Assembly: GCF_964204645.1 (NCBI RefSeq)
Contig: NC_134031.1
Location: forward strand, 16,231,807-16,295,806
Reading direction: 5' to 3'
Source of the DNA: Tubulanus polymorphus
Taxonomy: Eukaryota > Animalia > Nemertea
DNA length: 64,000 bases
Shown here: one piece after another, positions 35,831-47,284 of the stretch
Layout: the number at the start of each line of letters is the position of its first letter
Numbering within the stretch: position 1 is the first letter of the stretch
Program-made: the position numbers and the translations under genes
Notes under the pieces: generated by a model
What the model saw: the letters and a program-made list of their open reading frames with translations, nothing else
Databases searched by the model: none
What the model was told of the DNA's origin: nothing

Positions 35831-38800
35831 ACAGGGTCCGATCTAAGGAATTAAGGCTACTAGCCCGGGGGCAAGCATATCTGAAATTTTGCTTGCCCCC
35901 TCAAGAATCTACTTTCCCTACACAGACAGTCCGATTGGTGGCACTATCATCCGTTGTATCGAGTGGGAAAAAAGCTTTGTGACATCAAATTGCACTAGCC
36001 CGGGGGGGGGGGGGGGACAAGTGATAAATGATAACCTACTTGCCCTCATGGGAATATACTTGTCCTGGGTGATCGGAAAAGTGCTTAAATCAGACCCTGC
36101 AGGCAGGGTTCGATCTAAGGAAAGAAAACCATTTGCCCGTGGGGCGAGCATATATCTGAAATTTCGCCCGCCCCTTCGAAAATCAACGCGGCGAAATCAT
36201 CCATTGTATCGAGTGGGAAAAAAGCTTTGAGACATTAAATTACACTAGCCCGATGGAAAATTGATTATTCAATTCAAATTCAATTTAATCTTTATTGCAC
36301 CGTAATATATTGGAGTGAAGTCAATCTTAAGAATCAGCAGAACATGGCGTCACAAGCCCCGGGGCTTGTCATGCCATATCTGACATGGCGTCACAAGCCC
36401 CGAGTAAAATGCAGACTATATATAATTCACGCGGAACGAAGATATATGTTCGCGTCGAACGGACCACGTTTTTAAGGGCCGATACGACGTGTAAAACCTG
36501 AATGAGATAATTTCAAGTACCGGTATCAATGTGTAATAAATTTCTATTTTTTCTTAACTTATTGTCTAAATATATACTTACTAAATATTGTCTAAATATA
36601 TTATGTACTTATACGTTATTTTGAAGTATTCCGTTCAGTGCAACCACTTTGAAAGAAAATTATATCCCGTTTTTACTCCATAACTATATTCAGATGCATA
36701 TATATCGAAAGATTTTTATGTAAAATTCTTCGAATATGTTTTTCACAGGTTTCCGTTATGGTGCGAGACGATCAGGAGATCATCAGCTACATTTACATAA
36801 GCGATTTTTGTATATTTTTACATAGGAACAAAATAGAAACAACGATTTATAAACCTATTTCTAAGACTTAATGATTATTGTACTAATTTAAGATAATCAG
36901 TCACAATTATTCATTTATTTCTACGGAAAACTGATCGGGTCCTCTCACGCCATGTAAATTGAAGCTATATTCTGTAGACCGTTTGGGGCCTGACACGCCA
37001 TATAGAAGGCAAATCGCGATTTTTCTAGCAGTATTTGTTTTTTTTCTTAGACTTTATGATTATGAACAATGTATAACTAATTGAAACTAAAGATATGATT
37101 AGTGACAATTAATTGCTTCCATAGAAAACTGATCGCGTACTCTCACGCCATATGGCGGCAGAACACTTTGGGGCCTGACACGCCATGTAGACGACAGCGT
37201 GGTTTTAGGAGCTTTTTGTAACAGTATTTGCTTTTTTTTTCTAAGACTAAATAATTGACAAATCATATAGAAGGATTAATCTTTGAACATTTAAGACAAT
37301 TAGTGACAATTATTCATTTGTTTGTACGGAAAATCGTTCGGGTCTTCTCACGCCATGTCTCAATTGAAGCTATTCTGCAGACCGTTTGGGGCCTGACACG
37401 CCATATTGGCTGCAGAACATTTGGGGCCTGACACGCCATGTAGAAGACAGCGTGATTCGAGGAGCTTTTTGAAACAATATTTGCCTTTTTTCTAAGTCTA
37501 AATGATTGACGAACTGATAAATCTTTGAATATTTATGATAATTAGTGACAATTATTCATTGGTTTGTAGGAAAACTGATCGGGTCCTCTCACGCCATGTC
37601 TCAATTGAAGTTATTCTGCAGACCGTTTGGGGCCTGACACGCCATATTGACTGCAGACTGTTTGGGGCTTGACACGCCATGTAGAAGACAGCGTGATTTT
37701 AAGAGCTTTTTGAAACAATATTTGCCTTTTTTCTAAGTCTAAACGATTAACAAACCATGTAGAATGATAAATCTTTGAATATTTATGATAATTAGTGACA
37801 ATTATTCATTTGTTTGTACGGAAAATCGATCGGGTCCTCTCACGCCATGTCTCAATTGAAGTTATTCTGCAGACCGTTTGGGGCTTGACACACCATGTAG
37901 AAGACAGCGTGATTTTAGGAGCTGTTTGAAACAATATTTGCCTTTTTTCTAAGTCTAAATGATTGACAAACCATGTAGAATGATAAATCTTTGAATATTT
38001 ATGATAATTAGTGACAATTATTCATTTATTTGTAGGAAAACTGATCGGGTCCTCTCACGCCATGTTTCAATTGAAGCTATTCTGCAGACCATTTGGGGCC
38101 TGACACGCCATATTGGCTGCAGAATTCGGGGCTTGACACGCCATGTAGAAGGCTTAGCGATTTTAGGAGGCTTAGCGATTTTAGGAGCCATATGACTGCA
38201 GATCACACTAGATTTGAGCCTGGCTCACCATACATGTTTTTCTAACATTATCCATGTTCTTCTAAGACTAATTGATCAACAAATCATGTGAAATAGATGA
38301 ATGATTCATTGAAATGTAAGATAGTTAATTAAAATCTTTATTCTGTAAAACTCATTCAGTAGATATATATGTAATGTTTTTGTATTTTTCATATGCTGGC
38401 GAAATATATGATTGTTTAAATTGTGTTTCAAAATGTGTGTACACTGCATTAGATTAACAAACAACGATCAATTTCTATTCTGTAAAACTCATTTTAGTGT
38501 AAATGCGATCTAATATGTAGTTCTTATTATGTATATATAATACGTTGTAAATCATCTAAGACAAATTAATATCCAACCGAATATTTCAACTTCGGAAGAA
38601 AAACCCGCGAGACGTAGTCGACGTTTCATCTACTGCATAGGATTTGATTTTCATTTTACGTTCACCACATGGCGTGTCAGGCCCCAATATGGCGTGACAA
38701 GCCTCGGGGCTTGTGACGCCATATGCAGCAGGTCTTAAGATTGCCCTAGATGATATATTGATAACATTGTTTTTTTTTTCACAATAAAGAGGGGAACAAA

Positions 38801-38922
38801 AATCAAGTATCAAAAAGAATTTAGAAGAATTCTTCAAAATATATAAGAACACGGAAGAGGTCCAGATAAAATTTGAAAATGTACTTGTCCCGGGCAATCG
38901 GACAAGTGCTTAGATCGGACCC
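35831..38922. mobile_element. Tandem pair of CAGGGTCCGATCTAAG MITEs; the second is split by a large insertion
   Basis: Copy 1 spans 35831-36099 (ends CTTAAATCAGACCCTG). Copy 2 starts at 36105, breaks at ~36265 and resumes at ~38880 (TACTTGTCCCGGGCAATCGGACAAGTGCTTAGATCGGACCC). Confidence 0.7.
36331..38734. mobile_element. ~2.4 kb non-autonomous TIR element (TTAA-flanked, Kolobok-like termini) with an internal ~200-250 bp tandem array
   Basis: Imperfect TIR ATGGCGTCACAAGCCCCG(G/A)GGCTTGTCA(T/C)GCCATAT at both ends, each next to TTAA. About six units at ~36850-38200 carry GGGGC(C/T)TGACACGCCAT and CTCTCACGCCATGT. No transposase ORF. Confidence 0.75.
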
Positions 38923-41900
38923 CGGTATATTCAGAATCTAAAAGATAACAATATTTCGGTCTCTCACTTGAGACTGGAATATCTTCGAATTCCATACATT
39001 TTCTCTTTAACTTTTTAAACAGTGGATTTTTATATATAGGGCAGATCATAGTCGAAAGTAGAATGGAGAAAATTTGAGTGGGGAATTCCAACGGAGGTTA
39101 TCAGCTGTTCGAAAGGCCGCCAGATACGCTATTTTCTACATATGAGAGTTCGACTGCTCTACGCGCATCTAATTATCCATACTGAGCGAGTTTTCAACGA
39201 AATACGAACCAAAAATATTATCTCAAGCATTCCTGCCCCCCGCGAAGAATTACATATGCATAATTATCTTTTTCCCGGTGGCGATTCTAGGAACAAACCG
39301 AAACGCTCTCGGGGTAAAAAATTCATATAATCCGTTCCCTCGATGCAAAAGCGGTGGTATATAGTGCACCGATTAACTCAGGGATGATAAAAACTATACG
39401 CACGGTCGGTCGGCCTCGCATTTATTCAAATATACTGATGAAATATGGCGGCATAAAAATGATCTGAAAAGCAGTCGTACTGGAATATTTGAATTGCGAC
39501 ACTTATTCTTACTGTTATGGTCTTATTTCAACGTACTGCTAATCCAATGAATTTTCACGAGAACAATATGATATTAGGTCATCGAAATTCACTTGAAAAG
39601 CAAAAGCAAATAATGAAATATTTTATCGTACTACTGAAAATAAAATAATAATAATAATAGGCAATTTATAGACCGCGCTACATAACTCAGTGCGGTTTAA
39701 AATAAGATTTAGCTATAAAACACATTTAAACTTCTAGTGAAAAAACTAGTAAAATTTGGCCCAACTCGGCGACGCAATATTGAACCAAGTTGAAGAATCC
39801 GTCATTTTAGCCGAAAGTCGCACGCGAAAAATACTAAATACGTTTTCAGCAAATTAACATCCAGGGTTGTTAATTTTTCCGAAACGTTTTAGACAGCGCA
39901 ATGAAATAAACTGTATTGCACTGTATTCTATTCTATTTATAGAACAGGGCGGCTATCAAAATATTGCGACAGAGAGAAATTCTACAAAAACAGCTGTCAC
40001 TAGTGAGTGGAATGTGAATTATCAAAACATCGACAGACAGAGATCGCGCGAGAGATGATGCTCTATGTATGAATGTATGTGCGTGTGCATCATGGACCTA
40101 TAAACATGTTTGTAGGCTAAATCATCAGTAACTAAGTAATCGGTAGATTCCTACCGATTCCCTAGATTCGATAAAGCGTACACAGTTCACCCCCAGTCAG
40201 CGATATAATAAAACGATTTCGTTGCGATGAATTTAAACCGATACGCTAGATTTTATAAACAATAGAATGTTTCGCTTCGAGTGACGTGAAGAACGTATAG
40301 GCCCTATAGCGATTGCGGTAAATAATACGCCGTTTGCGGCGTCGGAAATTCTGTAACAACAATAAACGTATTTGCAGTTTAATACAAATTCCCCCCATCC
40401 TAAAAAAATCAGCCTATTCGTATCTATTCAGATATTTCAAATATCAAGACGAGCTTGTATTGTGTGTCGGGCAGTATTAAATACTCGGTTTGGTTCGATT
40501 ATCCAGGGTTAACACCGACAGACGCACATATCACGTAACCAGCTGGCAATTTCGATTGATTTTTGCAATACTTCACCTATTGACAGTCAAGTAGGGCCCA
40601 GTAAGTACACGCTGAGAATTCCAGACTAGTATCTGAAGAATAAATCGGTGTTGTGTATAGAAGTACAGGGAGAAGAGCTTCAGCACAGTTTGCCTTCTGT
40701 TCGCTTTTCCAACTCAGAAAATACCCTTTCTCGTTATCAAAATATGTTAAGAAACTCAATTCTAGCACACTAACAAATGAACAACATATTTACTGGTAAT
40801 TCATTCATTCTAAAGGTTTTGTTCACATATTCTTGTGGGTTAGGTGAAAACAATACGTAGGAAACCAGTTATTCACACAATAGCCTTATCTCATTCACAC
40901 TAGGCTACAAAATCATTAATGAATTAAACCATGATGAACCCTACGTCCATGGATGATTAAAAAAGGTTCTGAAAGATCGGGGAATCCAAAATTTGGGGAA
41001 ATATTCACGGAAATATCAGGGAATCCGAAATTCCCCGACCTTTGACCGAAGATTCCCTCATTAAATTTTAAGATATCGTCATTCACGGCTCATTCTTGTT
41101 TAAAGAGGTCATCATAGGCAAGTACAATACACCAGAAATTCCCTGATTTTTACTAATTTGCAAGAGAAGAGTGAGGATTCTCAAATTCTCCATGCAGGGA
41201 AAAATATGAATTTTAAGGAATTGCCCCAATTTCACCGATCAATAAGAACCTTTATGAACCATTTTCAATATCAATTCACCCATCGATGATTAGTTTCGAT
41301 TAAACGTTTTTTTTTCAAATATCGTTGAAACCGCACACGATTTTACGCAAAAAGAACGAACCTCCGACCAGGAATGCGCGCGTCGAATACGAGCCTCGTA
41401 TTGAAGACGACTAATCGGCAGATTGCGTCGACTTCGATTTTCAGCGAGAACCATCTTCTGATCCATGATTACGTTTATCGATGTTCACAAAATCGCCTAT
41501 ACATCCATCGAGTAGTATCACCAATTCAGCAACAAGTGGCCGAAGCCGATCCCGTAGTTGCGTTAACTTCCTCGTAATTATCGAATTGAATTTATTCTGT
41601 TAAAAGTGTGAACGAAATACAAACACAACTGTTCTCGTATGGTTCGCTATAGCGAATACATTTCGATCGACCTTGCAAACAGGAAACAGTAGCCTACAAT
41701 GAAACCTTATCTCCCATGATATAGCGTCGAGAGAGGTCTGATAATTATAAATGTCACCGGTGTCTTGTAATATTCAGCTCTTCGTTAATTAATCAATGAT
41801 CTTTGAACTACATTAGTACAACTGATAAAACGGCGAACCGGCAGTATCTGACACAATTATCGCAGTACGCAAGCGAGCAAATATCAGACGATTATCAGAG

Positions 41901-42397
41901 ATTGCAAAAAGATGACACAATATATATTGGAATTGGACACAACATAAAAATGAAAGTGCATACCTTCAAATCTAAAATTACACAGAGCAAAATTTGGCCT
42001 AAGTTTAACGAGTGCCGTTACCTAAAAAATGATTTCAATGATGATGATCGAATAGACTAAATCTAGCAAAAACGATACGGTGGTAGAGATTGATTGATTG
42101 ATTAGGACCGACAGGGTAGGTCTGAAAAAATTGAAGAATAAAGCAACAACGAATTCCAGTTTAATTTGAGTTCATATCACACTATCAAAAACATCTAAAC
42201 CGTTACCTTAAAGTCTAATGCACCAGTTATGTCATTATAGATGCGTATGCTTATCCTTGGTGCTGTCACAGGCGCATTTTAACCCGAAAATTGCTAAAAA
42301 TCCGTGAAATTCATCATAATACAGCCAGTGGGTAATACGTCATTGATTCGTGCGTGTCTGCACTATTCTCGCCTCCACTTCGGAAGACACTGGACGC

Positions 42398-42466
42398 TAG
42401 ATGGCGCTGAGTTTGTTTTCTCGCCTTCGTTTGTGAAGAAACCACGCATTTTGTAGATGGCGCTGA
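42398..42466 (+). promoter_or_regulatory. Duplicated TAGATGGCGCTGA motif (CTCF/YY1-like) in a probable bidirectional promoter
   Basis: Identical 13-mer at 42398 and 42454, 40-110 bp upstream of the FOXRED1-like ATG. A minus-strand donor at ~42205 may mark a RalGPS 5'UTR exon. Confidence 0.45.
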
Positions 42467-42505
42467 AATCAAAGTACGCACCCGGTTGTTAAACCGACCC
42501 GAAAA

Positions 42506-45500
42506 ATGGCAAGATTCCTATCAAAATGCTGCTACAGAAGTCTGTCATCGAAAGTTGGACCCGGATTAACGAAATTACCCGTTCCCGGAGATTATCGCAA
42601 TCCTTTGAAAATATTGAAAGGGGATATTTTAGGTCAGAACTCAATCAGAATCGTGCAAAAGCAATATCTTCGAGACAAATTCAAATCGAAATTTATTCAC
42701 TACATTATGATAATGAAAAAATTTCACGGTCTTAATCTGTTTGATAGTGGTCGTGTTGGTGTACGTAACTTTTTCCCCTGAAACTTAAACGTTAAATATT
42801 GAAGAAAATTTCTGATTATCTCTGATTTGTAGGCAGGGAATCGAAGGTGATTGTGCCGCGAGAGTCGGATGTGATAATCATCGGCGGTGGACTCATCGGT
42901 TCTTCAGTGGCGTACTGGTTAAAACAGCGAAACCCTAAAGGTTTTAGCTGTACTGTTATCGAAAAGGACTTGAGCGTAAGACGTTTTATTTTTCAACAAG
43001 AATTCCTTTTACGCAAATACGCACATGAATAGCTTATAGCGGTAATTTTCTTGCTCTTCAATTTCAAGTATTCAAAAGCTGCGTCTGTACAATCAATGGG
43101 TTATTTGAGTACTCACTTCATGCATCCGCAATACATGCGTCTAGCCATGTACTGCCGAGAATTCCTGGAAGATATTAACGACAAGCTATCCGTGTTAGGT
43201 ACACGTTGAAATTAATCGATCAGTCACTCAATTGTTTTGACTCAAATCCTGAAATGATTCTTTTCTGTGTTGCAGATGAGAAGCCTCCTGATATAGAATT
43301 TACCCCGATGAGCCATTTGACATTGGCCACATCTAGTGGGCTTGAGCTACTAACTGACATGTACGCCGTTCAGAAGTATGTATCTTTGCTGGCTTTTTCT
43401 TGATAAGCGACTCTGCAAAAACCTGCGAGTTATTCGAAATAGTGGAGACTATTTCCCGTCTTAATGAATATCGTTGAGAGAAACTCACCAATACCAATTT
43501 AAACAACTGTTGTTGTTTTTTTTTTCTTACGTTTCATCTTCAGAGTTAATTTGAAAATGATCACGATTGATAGAACACTATATTCGTGTTGATGCGATGT
43601 AGAGAGAATCCCACAATTATAACGAAAAATTCCGAAAATGTAACTTCGAGATAGAAGTTTATTTCAACGTTTCGACTATATCCTAATAGTCATCTTCAGG
43701 AATAATGAAATTTGAAAATATTTGAAAATGAAATTGATATTGTGGGTTTTTATTGAGTAATCTTTGTAAAATTTCCTGAAAACTACTTGTTTGTTCCTGA
43801 AAAGAACTGAAGCTAAAAGTTGCTTACAGAAACATTTCAAAATCATGAAAAACGCCATGCACATAGCTCGCAGAGAAAATATTACACATGATATATTGTC
43901 TATCGCTAATGGTGAGGGCTCTGCTGTGCAAAAACAGAAGATTACTAGCAGTGCCTTGTGCAATTTTGAAAAGTCGGTTTTGTTGTTTAAGTTCTGTGAT
44001 AATTAATTAATATGGATGGAAATGTTTCAATTTGATAGAGAAGCAGGAGTTGATGTAAACTTGTTGTCATCGGAACAGATCAAATCTCAGTTCCCTTGGA
44101 TGAATACGGATGATTTAGAATGCGGATTACTCGGTAAAAGAATACTTGATCGCTATTCGTATTCGAATCTTTAACTTTCGATTTCAAAAACTGAGTTAAT
44201 ATCGATTTGATAGGTCTACGCAACGAAGGATTGTTCAATCCCGTTGCATTACTGGCGGCGTTACGAAATAAAGCCATTTCGTTGGGCGTGAAATACGTCG
44301 AAGGAGAAGTTATCGGTATGGAGTTAGAAAATAAAGCGACGGCATACGCGACTGAAGGGGTAATTGAAGAGCCATTCATTCAGTATATAAATGTAAGTTT
44401 TTACTGGAAATGTTTGAACCGAAACTTCTCTCTGCTATTCGGTAATCTAAATGTATTGAATGTTTTCCCTATCGACAGGTTTTGAAGGATAAATTCATTC
44501 ACCCGATCAGAACGTTGTTTTTAGTGAATGCCGCTGGAGCTAATGCGGCGCGAGTTGCAGAATACGCGAAAATCGGAGTGAAATCCGGAACCCGCGCTGA
44601 TCTTCGAATACCTCTTCCTATATCGGAGAGGTAGCTTTAATTTATTGGAATGAATTTGATTATCTTAGATTATCATCTGAACTACAGTTGTTTGTAAATA
44701 ACCTTGTAAATTTTGTTACGCAGCAGTGTTTCACAAATACATACTGTATGCAAAATGTATAACAAATTAAGATGGTCCTAGCTTGTGTACCACATAATTT
44801 TCGATCATTTTGCGTTCGTTAATATTTCAGGAAACTGAGTTTGTTCCTTATACACTGTCCCAATGGTCCAACATTGGACTTGCCGATAATATCAGATCCT
44901 GTATCTGGAATACACATCAGTAGACGAGGATTAGGAGGAGACTATATCTGTCACAGTCATATTTTAGAAGCGGTAAGTTCTGGAGCCGGTTCCTCAAGTC
45001 GAGAAGAAAATTCTGTTTTCTCGAAATCCATTTCATGCGTCATTTGTTACCAAATATCCCATGGCTATTTTGTTTGATTATATCTCTTATTACAATTTAA
45101 AGGAAGAAGTAAATGCCAATACAACAGATGAAATAAATGAATCTTTTTATCACGAGAAGTTATTACCGGCATTGATTCATCGTATTCCTGCATTCAAAGA
45201 GTCGGAGGTTTGTACAAATTTTCAGTTTGTTAAAAGCATTACAACAAATTGCTTGCCGAGAGCTTTAAAGAATTTATGGAATTCTCAAATTTTCAGTTGA
45301 AAGGCGGATGGTGCTCTCGGTATGATTACAATTACGAGGATGAACATTTGATTATCGGAAATCATCACCACCATAAAAATATGTTGTTCGCCTCCGGATC
45401 TGGTATTCACGCGCCTCTGTTCGCACCTGGTATCGGTCGTGCTATCATGGAAAATGTAATCGACGAAGGTTACCGGAGCGTGCAGTTGGACGAGTTTTCA

Positions 45501-45551
45501 TTTACTCGATTTCTTATTGATAGAAATATTCCGTATCTTCGAGTTTCGTGA
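42506..45551 (+). CDS. Diverged FOXRED1 paralog (FAD-dependent oxidoreductase, DAO/sarcosine oxidase family)
   Basis: Basic mitochondrial-type N-terminus; DVIIIGGGLIGSSVAYWLKQ; FPWMNTDD; EGLFNP; VNAAG; C-terminal APGIGRAI. Intron positions checked (first four) match the canonical copy at 58826-63379. About 10 exons. Confidence 0.88.
43601..43705 (-). mobile_element. Penelope-like relic with a minimal hammerhead ribozyme core
   Basis: Minus strand reads TTATTC-CTGAAGA-T-GACTAT-tagg(at)-ATAGTC-GAAAC-GTT-GAAATAA. The end GAGAATCCCACAAT is shared with the 61156-61366 element. Confidence 0.65.
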
Positions 45552-45863
45552 TTTTTATGAATAAATGTTTTTTTTTTTAATGTTGCGCAATTTTCGTTAT
45601 CGTTGATTGTTTTTTGAGGAGAGGACTTAAATATGAATTTATTTGACTGTCTGTTGGACTGTTGAAAAGTTAGCTGGATGATCATCAACCAATGGTCTAA
45701 CATCGCAATTAATGATTCCTGAACATAGTCATTACTGGGTAATTGTAATTCATTGGGAATGAAGTAAAAAAAGCTTATGATTTGTTAAATCATCGAAAAT
45801 TTGATCTCGGCGGCAAAATATCACTTCAATAAAAAAACAAATATTTTTGGATTCGAACCACTA

Positions 45864-46623
45864 TGGAATACCTCAAGGGCCATACGAGTTACGTTTTACG
45901 AGATACGATTTACGTTTTACGAGTTACTTATACATTTCCTTGAATATTCGTTACGACTTCCGATGAGTTACGAATTACAACTTAAATACGTTTAACGAAT
46001 TACGAGTTAAGTGTTGGAGTTTCGGTTCGCAAGAGTTCAAGGACAGTGGCCACGTGGTAGGCATTTCACTGTGTGGGTGTAATTATTAGACGAATAACTG
46101 TAACGATGATGGATGGCTGTATGCGGCCCAGTGTTTTCAAAAAATAAATACATTTTTTCTATATTGATTAATCTTGTTCTAATTATTAAAATCATTTCCA
46201 GCTAAGATCTGCATATTGAAATATCGTCTATTAAAATCATCGTGCACGTAACGGGACAGTCATCAGTCAGTGTGAAATGTATTGTCAGCATTTAATAGAT
46301 TTTGTTGAGAAGGTTCGCACAGCAGATGGCCAACGCGCAGATTTTCTGCCCTGTAATAGCCCACTGCAGTCGAGATTGATTCACTATGTACAATAAATTA
46401 CTCTTATTATGCTGTTTGAAATGACAATTCGACTTCATTTTGAAACCCGTTCTTTGAATTTAGCGCGCTTCGGATCCGAAGCCAATTAGTGAAAAACGTG
46501 TAATTCGTAAAACGTAAGTCGTAAAACGTAAGTCGTAACGTATTGTAGGAAATGTAGTAGTAACTCGTAAAACGTAAGTCGTAAAACGTAACTCGTAAGT
46601 CGTATGGCCCTTGAGGTATTCCA
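45864..46623. mobile_element. TA-flanked TIR element with subterminal 7-bp repeats (foldback-like MITE)
   Basis: TA|TGGAATACCTCAAGGGCCATACG ... CGTATGGCCCTTGAGGTATTCCA|TA, with inverted arrays of TTACGAG/TTACGTT on both arms. Confidence 0.8.
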
Positions 46624-47284
46624 TATTAACCACGAATGTGCTCGGAGAACGCCCAAAACCGCGGTGATGAAGTGTCATAGTTTGACAATTCGGTCAAGGT
46701 CGTTGATACAGAAAAAGGGCACAGGGCTGACGGGCGCCTATAAAACTATACTACATCACTGGAGTGCGTCACTGTGATTTACGAGCATTAGGCTAATAGG
46801 AAATAATGCAGGAGAAAGTTTATTTATAGTTGTTGATATCACCCTTTTTACTGTTCTAGATAGGACGACTATGTGGTAGGCCCTAGTCCTAACAGTTTCA
46901 TCCTGTTGGTTTAATTATTAAATGTAAGTTATTTTATTGGAAATCTACTACAATTATGTCTCTCATTCTCTCAATACTTTACTTTCAATTACTTGCTCTT
47001 CTATGGTGATCCGTCAAATCAAATTAATTTCGTGGTAGTCTATATGGCCTCCCTCCCTTATCAAATGATTTTCCTATGACAACTAATTATTGTTGTGTAC
47101 AATAAGTTCACTACAGTACTACTGATCTACGTCAACGAGGTAAATTAACTCAATTTCGGAAAAAGGTCTCTGTTTGTTTAGATCGCAAGAAGAATTAACA
47201 AGTTTAATGTTCGTAAATCGTTCTACTTATTGAATTACCCGTTACAATGTCATCTTATATCAAACCTTTCAATTTCAGAATAAC

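Noticed and set aside
36850-38200. Regularly spaced GGGGCCTGACACGCCAT repeats resembling a CRISPR array
   Set aside because: The intervening sequences are themselves repeated rather than unique spacers, there are no cas genes, and the context is a eukaryotic TIR element.
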